Source: an uncultured Acidobacteriota bacterium
GTDB lineage: Bacteria > Acidobacteriota > Thermoanaerobaculia > UBA5066 > DATFVB01
DNA length: 64,000 nt
Assembly (NCBI GenBank): GCA_963813155.1
Contig: CAWEYG010000002.1
Location: 704,001-768,000, forward strand
Reading direction: 5' to 3'
Shown: positions 18,661 through 27,218 of the stretch, piece by piece
Layout of the letters: the number at the start of each line of letters is the position of its first letter
Position numbering within the stretch: the first letter of the stretch is position 1
The notes under the pieces: generated by a model
Database searches by the model: none
The model's input: the letters and a program-made list of their open reading frames with translations, nothing else
What the model was told of the DNA's origin: nothing
Program-made: the position numbers and the translations under genes

Positions 18661-21657
18661 CTAGAAGCTCAAACGAGCTCCGAAGCGAAGGACTCGGGGA
18701 CTCATCGTTTCCTCCACTCGATTGCCCTTGCCCGTGCAACTGACAGTGCCGCCGCAGGCATTCGTGCTCAACTGTTGCGACTGCTGGAGAACCGTGTTGC
18801 TGTTCAAGGCGTTGAACATGTCGACTGAGAGCGTCATGTCCGCCTTCTGGAAGAGAGGAAGAATCTTCTCCACCCGCAGATCCAGCTGGTAGAGGTTGTT
18901 CAGACGATGATCGTCGCTCGATCCGACGATGACCTTGCGCGAACCGAGGGAAGTGCCCACGTCGCCCCCGGTGATCGACGCGTAGTAGACCTGGAGATAG
19001 CCCTGGCGAGCAAAGAGGTTCGCCGCGACGTTGAAGTTCAGCGGAAGCTGGTACAGGCCGCTCACGTTGAATTGCCACTTCGAGCTCAGGTTGACGTCCG
19101 CCTTCGACCCGGAGCCCTGAGAGCTCTCGAATGCCTGCACGTTGTCCGCGCAACTCGCCCCCAGAGTCGTGGTCAGGACGTTGGTTGGGCCCTTCCAGGC
19201 GCCAAGGCCGGCGCTCGAGGCGAGGCAGGAGTCTCCTCCCTTGTTGCTCGTCCTCCAGTCCGTGTAGGCGGCCGACGCGTGCGCCATCCAGCGATTGGAA
19301 AGCCGCTTCGTCAGCTGCATCTCCACGCCGTTGTAGTTGGTCGTGAAGCCGGGGTCGTTCACGAGCTCTTCACCGCCGGTGAACCCGGCCGGGGCAATGA
19401 AGTCGTAGTAGTTGCCCGTGTTTCCGATGAGATGGCCCTGCTGATCGTAGGCCGGCAGGTTGCTGCGCGACGGATCCAGCTGGAAATCTGCCGCGGTGAC
19501 ACCGACGAGATGGCCGTTGATGCTGTCGGAGCGGTGGCGGTGCGTGTACGAGAGGCCGGCGACCAACTCCGGAAGAATCTGGTGGTCGACGCCGATCATG
19601 AACTCGTCGGTCTTCGAGTCCTTCAGATTCGGCTGGATTTTGTTCGGCGAGAGAAGCGAGTTGGGGTTATTCGGATTGAGTCCTTCGAAGCCGGCGTTCG
19701 GACCGAGCTCTCCCGGGTCCGCGAGGCCGTTATGGTTGGCGTCGGTGAAGGGGTACAGCATGTACGTGTAGGCGACCGGGTTGTCGTACGCGATGTACGT
19801 CGTGCCCATGGAGTCCGCGAAGCGCGCATAGGAGGCGCGCAGCAGCGTCGATTTCTGGGCGCCGAGAGCGTAAGTCAGTCCGACGCGAGGCTCCCAGTCC
19901 TTGAAATGGACTTCCGCCGCCGCGCCGCCATAGTTGAGCGCCGGGATGCACGGATTCGAAATCGAGAAGGGCTGGCCGGGATCGCATACCGAGTTGTTTC
20001 CCGGCGCGCTCGAGGGAGCGTTGAAGCCCTTCTGGTCGTCGTAGCGGATGCCGACGTTCACCGTCAGGTTGTTCGCCGTCATCGTGTCGCCCACGTACGC
20101 GTCATAGTACGTCTGCGTCGCGTTGGTCACGAGGTTGCGAAAGAGCTTGACGTACGACTGGCCGCTGCCGTTGTAGTTCAGGTAGTTGACGTCCTGATTC
20201 CCGGGCCATGTCGTCGACGATCCACCGATGATGTGTTTGTATCCGAACCCGAACTTGAGCTCATGGCCGATCGAGCCCGTGTTGAAGAAGTACGAGGCGT
20301 TGGCCGTCGCCTGGTGCTGTGGCCGATACGTCCCGAATTGGAAAAACGTTCCCTGCCACACTTCGTTCTGGTCCTGGATCATGTTCGGCCCGAGGCCGCC
20401 CTGAGGCGCAAGGGTGAATCCCGCTCGGACATAGTCGAGCGCCGCATTGACGACGAAGTTCGGCCCGAAGACCTGAGAGTCGTCCGCCTTCCAGATCGTC
20501 GTCGGGCCGGTCTGGTCCCAGGCCGTGCCCTGGCCGCGGTTGTTGCCGCCCGTGCGGCCGAGCTTGATTTTGTCGCCGCGGAAATAGAACGCGGTCGCCG
20601 AGTTCGACTCGATGGGCTGGATGTTCAACTTGCCGGAATAGTTTTCGAGGGTCGTCAAATCCTTGGCAGCGGAGGAGAGCTTGGTCAGGTCGATCTGATC
20701 GCGCCCGTAGCTGCCCCAGAGCCAGGCCTTGTCGGCCACGATCGGTCCGCCGGCCTCGGCTCCGTAGTCCTGGATGTGGTCAATCGAGTTGCCGCTGCCG
20801 ACTTTCAGTTCGGTCGGTCCGCCGAGAGCCGCGTTGTAGGGTCCGACCGCGTTGCTGTTCGCTCGCGCTTCCGTCCCACTGGGCGTCTCGAAGATGCGCG
20901 CCGAGCCGTGCACTTCGTTCGTGCCGCGCTTGGTCACCATGTTGAGCGTGACGCCGGGCACCGCTACCGCAGGATCGGACCCTCCCGTCGTCGCCTGCAT
21001 CTCCTGGAACGCGTCGAAATCGTAGTACGTCGAGGACGAGCCCTGAGCCGACATGTCCGTCACTTCGACGCCGTCGACGAGCCAGGAATTCTGCGTCGAA
21101 TCCACACCTTTGCCGATGTAGGCCGACTGCTGGCCGCTCTCGCTGCCCGCCACGTTGACACGGTCGATCTGGACGGAAGGCACCTGCTGCAACACGACCC
21201 AGGGATCGCGCGCCGTTGGAATGCTCTTCAGCTGATCCGACGTGAAGTCGGAGCCCGTGCTGACCTTGCGGGTGTCGAGAAGCGGGGTCTCCGATGACAC
21301 CGTGACCGTCGTCGCGACCGACGCGATCTTCATCGGAATCGCCACCTCCGTGTTCGATCCCAGACTGACGGTCACGTTCGTGCGCTCGACGGTCGAGAAA
21401 CCGTTGAGCTCCGTCTTGACGGTGTAGCTCCCGGGCGCCAGGTTGAGGAATCGGAATTCCCCCTGGCCTCCCGACGTCGCCGTTCGGGCGCCGCCTCCGC
21501 CGGTGAGCGTGACCGACACGCCGGGCAGCGCCCCGCCCGACTCGTCCGACACTTTCCCGTAGATGTTGCCGTACGTCGCCGACGCTCCCTGTCCGAACAG
21601 GGGCGCGGAGACGACAGCCGCCATCAGACAGATGGCAAGTAGTCTGAATACCTTCAT
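18661..21657 (-). CDS. TonB-dependent receptor with N-terminal carboxypeptidase regulatory-like domain (Oar-like)
   Basis: Signal peptide; GKVSDESGGALPGVSVT; IPTARDPW plug; TKRGTNEVHG; EPRVGLTY; C-terminal RFGARLSF. Confidence 0.9.
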   Translation of the reverse strand: MKVFRLLAICLMAAVVSAPLFGQGASATYGNIYGKVSDESGGALPGVSVTLTGGGGARTATSGGQGEFRFLNLAPGSYTVKTELNGFSTVERTNVTVSLGSNTEVAIPMKIASVATTVTVSSETPLLDTRKVSTGSDFTSDQLKSIPTARDPWVVLQQVPSVQIDRVNVAGSESGQQSAYIGKGVDSTQNSWLVDGVEVTDMSAQGSSSTYYDFDAFQEMQATTGGSDPAVAVPGVTLNMVTKRGTNEVHGSARIFETPSGTEARANSNAVGPYNAALGGPTELKVGSGNSIDHIQDYGAEAGGPIVADKAWLWGSYGRDQIDLTKLSSAAKDLTTLENYSGKLNIQPIESNSATAFYFRGDKIKLGRTGGNNRGQGTAWDQTGPTTIWKADDSQVFGPNFVVNAALDYVRAGFTLAPQGGLGPNMIQDQNEVWQGTFFQFGTYRPQHQATANASYFFNTGSIGHELKFGFGYKHIIGGSSTTWPGNQDVNYLNYNGSGQSYVKLFRNLVTNATQTYYDAYVGDTMTANNLTVNVGIRYDDQKGFNAPSSAPGNNSVCDPGQPFSISNPCIPALNYGGAAAEVHFKDWEPRVGLTYALGAQKSTLLRASYARFADSMGTTYIAYDNPVAYTYMLYPFTDANHNGLADPGELGPNAGFEGLNPNNPNSLLSPNKIQPNLKDSKTDEFMIGVDHQILPELVAGLSYTHRHRSDSINGHLVGVTAADFQLDPSRSNLPAYDQQGHLIGNTGNYYDFIAPAGFTGGEELVNDPGFTTNYNGVEMQLTKRLSNRWMAHASAAYTDWRTSNKGGDSCLASSAGLGAWKGPTNVLTTTLGASCADNVQAFESSQGSGSKADVNLSSKWQFNVSGLYQLPLNFNVAANLFARQGYLQVYYASITGGDVGTSLGSRKVIVGSSDDHRLNNLYQLDLRVEKILPLFQKADMTLSVDMFNALNSNTVLQQSQQLSTNACGGTVSCTGKGNRVEETMSPRVLRFGARLSF

Positions 21658-21740
21658 AACACTCCTTCCCGACCCTCTCGGGTCATCGTCGCTGCACTGT
21701 GCCGCGCACGCGGCATGTGAGAGCTTCGATGCCGCTAAAG

Positions 21741-21756
21741 AGCAACGCGGCTGCCA
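21741..21756 (-). promoter_or_regulatory. Sigma54 promoter of the TonB receptor gene
   Basis: Minus strand reads TGGCAGCCGCGTTGCT, near-consensus -24/-12, about 85 nt upstream of the ATG. Confidence 0.72.
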
Positions 21757-21997
21757 CAGTCAATGGGCTTCACTGGACTATGAACTCATACACTTACGTG
21801 ACTTCTTGCGAGCGTGCCGGTCGGCTATTTGGACGCGGATTCAGGCGGTCGGGCGACTATTGCTTTTTCGGAAATACTCAACACGCCATAGTCACAGACG
21901 AATGACAGTACACACCGAAAGACACCGAGGGCGTGTTGACTGTTTCGGAAATACTAAATGTCGAGAGTCGTGGTTGGAAAGGCTGATCGGGTCAATG

Positions 21998-22414
21998 TCA
22001 ATTGAGGCGTTCACGTCTCTTGAGCAGCTCATCGCACAAGTCCAGGAGCTCGTTTTCGGGCTGTCGGTCGATGAGGCTGAGCAACGTGAGGACGGCCGGC
22101 CTGTCGCGAATGACAGCCATGACGCGCTCGGGGATGAGCCCCGCCGCCGACTGCAGAGCGCCGACCTCGATGTTCAGCGCACTCGCGAGACGATGCATGA
22201 TCTTCGCGCTCGGCGGCGGCAATTGGCCGTGTTCGATGCGGGAAAGGTACGACGCGCTCATCCCGCTGAGACTGGCCAGGTGGCTCACCGTCAGCTTGCG
22301 CCTTCGCCGCTCCTCCCGGAGTGCTCTTCCGAAGGATCCCGTCGAATCTCCCGGAGAGCCCAGGGAATCCGAAGGCATCGGTTTGCGATCGTCAGACCTG
22401 TCCGGAGTTTTCAT
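21998..22414 (-). CDS. XRE-family transcriptional regulator (paralogue of 6243..6677)
   Basis: SFGRALREERR...SGMSASYLSRIEHG...PPPS; the ATG overlaps the upstream stop (ATGA). Confidence 0.85.
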   Translation of the reverse strand: MKTPDRSDDRKPMPSDSLGSPGDSTGSFGRALREERRRRKLTVSHLASLSGMSASYLSRIEHGQLPPPSAKIMHRLASALNIEVGALQSAAGLIPERVMAVIRDRPAVLTLLSLIDRQPENELLDLCDELLKRRERLN

Positions 22415-22683
22415 GCTTCCCTGTTGCACGGCAGCGTCAGGAGAAGCGACGTTCGAAGGGCCTCGGCGGACAGAACCTGGCGCGTGTCGACGTCGCAAAT
22501 CTCCATCCATCGAATGAGGCTGCGAAGGATTGCCGAACGGCTCATGCTCGCGCCCGAGCGAGACCGGATGTCGATGGCCAGGAGCTGAAGAGTGACAAGG
22601 GCCTCGTTGCTGACGCGCAGGGTCACCGTGCAGTGCGTCTCCGGCGCGATTCGATGGTCGGTCGTCGAAAGAACGGCGCTCAA
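22411..22683 (-). CDS. Ribbon-helix-helix-like small protein
   Basis: Beta-strand TVTLRV, a helix, then SGASMSRSAILRSLI; TTG start overlaps the upstream TGA. Confidence 0.6.
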   Translation of the reverse strand: MSAVLSTTDHRIAPETHCTVTLRVSNEALVTLQLLAIDIRSRSGASMSRSAILRSLIRWMEICDVDTRQVLSAEALRTSLLLTLPCNREA

Positions 22684-22973
22684 TTACGCCCCTCGCCGTG
22701 AGGAAGGCCCGAGACCTCGCAAAGGCGTCGCGTGAGGTCGGCCTCCGACGCGACATCGCGAAGGTCCGGAGGGGCGGCGCTGACGACTTCCGCGAGGACC
22801 TGCAGGAGTCCGGCGCGTGAGATCCGGCACCCGGTGTCTCGAGCGACGCGCGCGCGGAATCGGTCGAGGAAATAGATTTGCCCCTCCGTGAGGCGAACGG
22901 ACGTCACGACGCTGACTGGCTCGTCGGCCACTTCTTCGCCGGGAATCTGCCGAGGCTGCGAAACCGTCTTCAT
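22680..22973 (-). CDS. Ribbon-helix-helix-like small protein
   Basis: VTSVRLTEGQIYFLDRF...TGCRISRAGLLQVL; ATG 22973 overlaps the TetR stop. Confidence 0.62.
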   Translation of the reverse strand: MKTVSQPRQIPGEEVADEPVSVVTSVRLTEGQIYFLDRFRARVARDTGCRISRAGLLQVLAEVVSAAPPDLRDVASEADLTRRLCEVSGLPHGEGRN

Positions 22974-23596
22974 GTGACGTTGGGTTCGCTGAAGAGAAGG
23001 CTGACGTATCGGCGCAAATGCTCGAGACTGTCGCGCACGACATCGGGACTCTGCCTTGCTTTCGCAAAGATGAAGGAGCCCTGCAGCGCGGCCTGGATGA
23101 AGTCGCCGACGCTTTCCGCGCTCCAGGAGGCCATCGGCGCATAGATCTGTTTCGCGGCTTCGATATCGCGAGTCAAAGCTTCGATGTGCGAAGACAGGCC
23201 CTGATCGCACGCGGCGCGGATGTGCGGATGAGTTGCGTACGTTTCCTGAACGAGCGTGCCGAGCAGGCAGGTGTAGTCCGGCAATTCACCCTGGAGAAGC
23301 TCCCCGCGAAAGTCGAGATAGCCGAGCAGGCGATCCAGCGGGTCTTCGAGGTTGCGGTACGGCGCGGTGGCGAAGAGGCCGACCGACATCGTTCCGAAAT
23401 AGGTGGCGGCGGCGACGGCGAGTTCGTCCTTAGTCTTGAAGTGATGAAAGAAACTGCCCTTCGTGACACCGGCTCTGTGGCAGATGTCGTCGACCGTCGT
23501 CGCCGCATAGCCCTTGGCCCGGATCACATATACGGACGACTCGATGAGCTTGATCTTCGATTCGTGGTGCGATTCCGCTTCCATCACTCTCTCCAT
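22970..23596 (-). CDS. TetR/AcrR family regulator (NemR-like)
   Basis: KGYAATTVDDICHRAGVTKGSFFHHFKTKDEL HTH and CLLG motif; start at 23596 or 23584. Confidence 0.9.
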   Translation of the reverse strand: MERVMEAESHHESKIKLIESSVYVIRAKGYAATTVDDICHRAGVTKGSFFHHFKTKDELAVAAATYFGTMSVGLFATAPYRNLEDPLDRLLGYLDFRGELLQGELPDYTCLLGTLVQETYATHPHIRAACDQGLSSHIEALTRDIEAAKQIYAPMASWSAESVGDFIQAALQGSFIFAKARQSPDVVRDSLEHLRRYVSLLFSEPNVT

Positions 23597-23608
23597 CTCA
23601 ACTCGCCA

Positions 23609-23640
23609 GACACCATACCAACTAGATGGTACGGTGTCAA
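23609..23640 (-). promoter_or_regulatory. Sigma70 promoter overlapped by a palindromic TetR operator
   Basis: Minus strand TTGACA-N17-TATGGT; 30-bp imperfect palindrome GACACCATACCAACTAGATGGTACGGTGTC at 23609-23638. Confidence 0.78.
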
Positions 23641-23814
23641 GAAGCAGTATAATTATCGCAATATAGCTTTTTATTTCAGTTGTTTGCAGCCTACTCCCTG
23701 CCGCAAGATCATCCGGATGCGGCGGAAGACCGTTCATCCCGAGGGCCGCACACACGAGATGCCGCATTCGGGAAGCAGGAAGGCGAGCGGCGGGTTCAGT
23801 GACGTGGAGGAGCG

Positions 23815-25480
23815 ATGAAAACATCCGGACTCTTTGTTCTCGGCGCGTCGATGTGCGCGGTCGCGATGGCGCAAACTCCAGGCGCGCCCGATCTGGTCCT
23901 GCTCAACGGAAAGATTTTCACGAGCAACGCAGCACAGCCTTACGTCCAGGCATTGGCGATCCGCAGCGACCGCATTCTCGCGACAGGCACGACCGCCCGG
24001 ATCGAGGCGCTTGCCGATCGGCGCACCAAACGGATCGACCTCGGCGGCCGCACCGTGATTCCGGGCATCAACGACGCTCACAACCACCTCGTGATCGATC
24101 CCCCGGATCGCATTGAGCTGGACCTCAAGACCCCCGATCCGGCCTGGCCCGAAATGAAGTCCGCAATCGAAGACGCGGTGCGGAGCGCTCGAGAGGGCTC
24201 CCCCATCCACTCCGAGATCGCCTGGAAGATCTTTCGTGATCTTTCGGTGAATCGGGACACCCTCGACCGGATCGCTCCGAAAAACCCCGTCGTTCTGGAA
24301 ACCTTCACGGGTCATGCCCTGATCGTCAATAGCGCCGCGCTGGCGCGGGCCGGGATTCGAGAGGACCAGCCGGATCCCATGGGCGGACGCTACGAAAGGT
24401 CCCCGGATGGCAGGCTCACCGGGGTCATTCGCGAATACGCGGCGACGATCGTGAAGCGCCGCCTCTCGGATCAGATCAGCGAGGCGGACGCCGTCGCGGA
24501 GTTGCGCAAGACACTGTCCGCGGCCGCCCGGTGGGGAATCACGACCCTCCAGGACATGTCGAACCGGATGGCGCCCCGCCGGTGCGTTGCGCTCCTGGAG
24601 AAAGTGCCTACCCCGATCCGGGTTCGCGTCATGAGGATGCCGGGAACGACTCCCGCCGGCCGCGACATCCAGGAAGGCCGGCCAGCGCCACGCAGCTCGA
24701 ATCCGCTCATCACGGTCAGCGGAACCAAATGGATGATCGACGGGGTTCCGGTCGAAGGAACGTTTGCGCCGCGCGACGATCCTTCAACCATGGATGAGTT
24801 CGTTCAGCATCTGGAGCTGATATTTCCGAAGACGGAGCTCGCCGCCATGCTGAGGGAGTCGCTGAGCGATCACGATCAGCTGATGGTCCACACAGTGGGT
24901 TATCCGGCGACGGTCGCGATGCTGGACGCGATGCAGTCCGCGGGCGGACCGCGAGTCTGGAGCAGCCAGCGAGTACGTTTCGAACACGGCGACAGCCTGA
25001 CACCGGACTTGATCCCTCGATCAAAGGAAATGGGGATCGTGGTGGTGCAGAACCCGACGCACTTCGCCGCCGCGAAGTTGAATCCCGACCTCACGGGCGT
25101 CTTTGAAAAGACGAAGTCCCAGCCCCTTCGATCGCTGCTGGTCGCGGGCATTCCACTTGCTTTCGGTTCGGACGGGCCGACGAATCCCTATCTGAATATC
25201 CTGTTCGCCTCTCTGGAGCCGAATCGCCCGACCGAGGCCATCTCGCGAGAACAAGCAGTCGCCGCTTATACGCTCGGTTCCGCCTACGCCGAGTTCGCGG
25301 AGAAACAGAAACGGGAGCCTCGAGCCCGGCAAGCTCGCCGATCTCGCCGTCCTGTCGCAGGACATCTTCACGGTCCCGGCGCCGGACCTGCCGAAGACGA
25401 CGGCCCTCCTGACGATCGTCGGCGGAAAAGTGGCTTACGACGCCGGCGTCCTTCATCGTTTCGAGGTCTCGATTCCATAA
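23815..25480 (+). CDS. Secreted amidohydrolase (Amidohydro_3, YtcJ-like); frameshift near 25312
   Basis: IDLGGRTVIPGINDAHNH, RFEHG and FGSDGP motifs. The C-terminal GSLEPGKLADLAVLSQDIF lies in a shifted frame ending at 25480. Confidence 0.85.
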
Positions 25481-25604
25481 GAAGAAACGATTAGACCCGC
25501 GTCGAATAGGCGCAGAAGCTAGCAATCCGGGACCTCCATATTGCCGGCCGGCCCGGCGAGAGGACAGGATTGAACACACAGTTCCGGAAAGTAGGACGGC
25601 CGGA

Positions 25605-27218
25605 ATGAATTCTCCGCTTCGAATTCTGCATCTGGAAGACGATCCGCAGGATGCCGTGCTCGTTCAACGCGCGCTCGAGACCGAGGGAATCGCGTGCGCC
25701 ATCGACCGGGTTCAGACCCGGGACGCCTTTGTCGCGGCCCTCGAATCCGGCGGCATCGACCTGATCCTTTCGGACCTCTCGCTTCCGGCGTTTGACGGAC
25801 TTTCGGCCGCGGCAATCGTTCGCGAGAAATGGCCGGCGATTCCGGTGATCCTCGTCTCGGGCACTCTCGGCGAGGAGCTCGCAGTTGACTCGCTCAAGAA
25901 CGGCGTGGCGGATTGCGTCCTGAAAGAGCGATTGACCCGGCTGGCGCCGGCGGTGCGCCGCGCGATGCAGGACGTCGAGGCGCGGACCGAGCGCCAGCAG
26001 TTGGAGGCGAATTTCATCGAGGCCCAGAAGATGGAAGTCGTCGGCCAGCTGGTCAGCGGAGTGGCCCATGACTTCAACAACATTCTCGGCGTGATCATGA
26101 GCTGCGGTGAATTGATCGGCCTGAAGCTCGGCCCCGATCATCCGCTCCAGAAGTACACAGAGGAGATCCGTCACGCGGCGGAGCGCGCGGCAGGCCTGAC
26201 GCGACAGCTCCTCGTGTTCAGCCGCCGACAAACGGTGCAACCGGTCGTCCTGGATCTGAACGACGTGCTGAAAAACGTCGAGACGATGCTTCGGAGGCTT
26301 GTCGACGAGAAAATCGAGATGACGATCGTTTCCGGCGCGCAAGACGCCCGGGTGAACGCGGACTCCGGTTACATCGGCCAGGTTCTGATGAACCTCGTCG
26401 TCAACGCCCGCGACGCGATGCCCAACGGCGGCACCCTCACGATCTCGTCGAGCGTTGCCGTGCTCGACGAGACCCATGCGCGCGATCACCCGGGGGTGAG
26501 CGCGGGTGAGTACGTGGTGCTGACCGTGAGAGATAGCGGCACCGGCATGAGCGATGACGTTAAGGCCCACCTGTTTGAGGCCTTCTTTACGACAAAGCCG
26601 AAGGGTCACGGCACCGGCCTCGGGCTGGCGACATGCAGAACGATCGTCGAGCAATCGGGGGGCCACATCGACGTCGCGAGCGAGCCCAAGAAGGGCACGA
26701 CGTTCACGATCTATTTCCCCCGGGTCGACGAGGAGGTCAACATAGTGGCAAGGCCGATCCAGATCGCCTCCGTCCCGCGCGGGACGGAAACCCTCCTGGT
26801 CGTCGAGGACGAGCCTTCCGTGAGGAACCTCGCATGCAGCGTGTTGGAAGCCCAGGGTTACACGGTGCTTTCGGCAACGAACGGTCAGGATGCCTTGAAC
26901 GTCGCGCGGGAGCACAGTGGCTCTCCGATTCGGCTGGTCGTCACGGACGTTGTCATGCCGCTGATGGGTGGCGACGTGATGGCGGAATGGCTCAAGACGT
27001 CCTACCCCGATCTGAAAATCCTCTTCACGTCGGGCTACACGTACGACACGATCGCGCACGAAGGTGTGCTCAAAGGCCGAACCGAGTTTCTCGCAAAGCC
27101 GTACACGCCCGCCGCCCTCGCGCTTCGAGTCCGGGCAATGCTGGACGCTGGGCCGGGAGGCGTAGGTGCGCTGGAGGGAGGGCCGGCGGCCGATCACACG
27201 CTCGTCGGGTCTCGATGA
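25605..27218 (+). CDS. Hybrid histidine kinase REC-HisKA-HATPase-REC (CckA-like)
   Basis: LRILHLEDD; GVAHDFNNIL; NLVVNARDAMP; GTGLGL; C-terminal VVEDE...TDVVMP...KPY. Confidence 0.92.
   Translation: MNSPLRILHLEDDPQDAVLVQRALETEGIACAIDRVQTRDAFVAALESGGIDLILSDLSLPAFDGLSAAAIVREKWPAIPVILVSGTLGEELAVDSLKNGVADCVLKERLTRLAPAVRRAMQDVEARTERQQLEANFIEAQKMEVVGQLVSGVAHDFNNILGVIMSCGELIGLKLGPDHPLQKYTEEIRHAAERAAGLTRQLLVFSRRQTVQPVVLDLNDVLKNVETMLRRLVDEKIEMTIVSGAQDARVNADSGYIGQVLMNLVVNARDAMPNGGTLTISSSVAVLDETHARDHPGVSAGEYVVLTVRDSGTGMSDDVKAHLFEAFFTTKPKGHGTGLGLATCRTIVEQSGGHIDVASEPKKGTTFTIYFPRVDEEVNIVARPIQIASVPRGTETLLVVEDEPSVRNLACSVLEAQGYTVLSATNGQDALNVAREHSGSPIRLVVTDVVMPLMGGDVMAEWLKTSYPDLKILFTSGYTYDTIAHEGVLKGRTEFLAKPYTPAALALRVRAMLDAGPGGVGALEGGPAADHTLVGSR

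Noticed and set aside
25580-25597. GTTCCGGAAAGTAGGACG resembling the GTCC-N8-GGAC motif
   Set aside because: Imperfect match that overlaps the probable ribosome-binding region, with no sigma54 promoter downstream.
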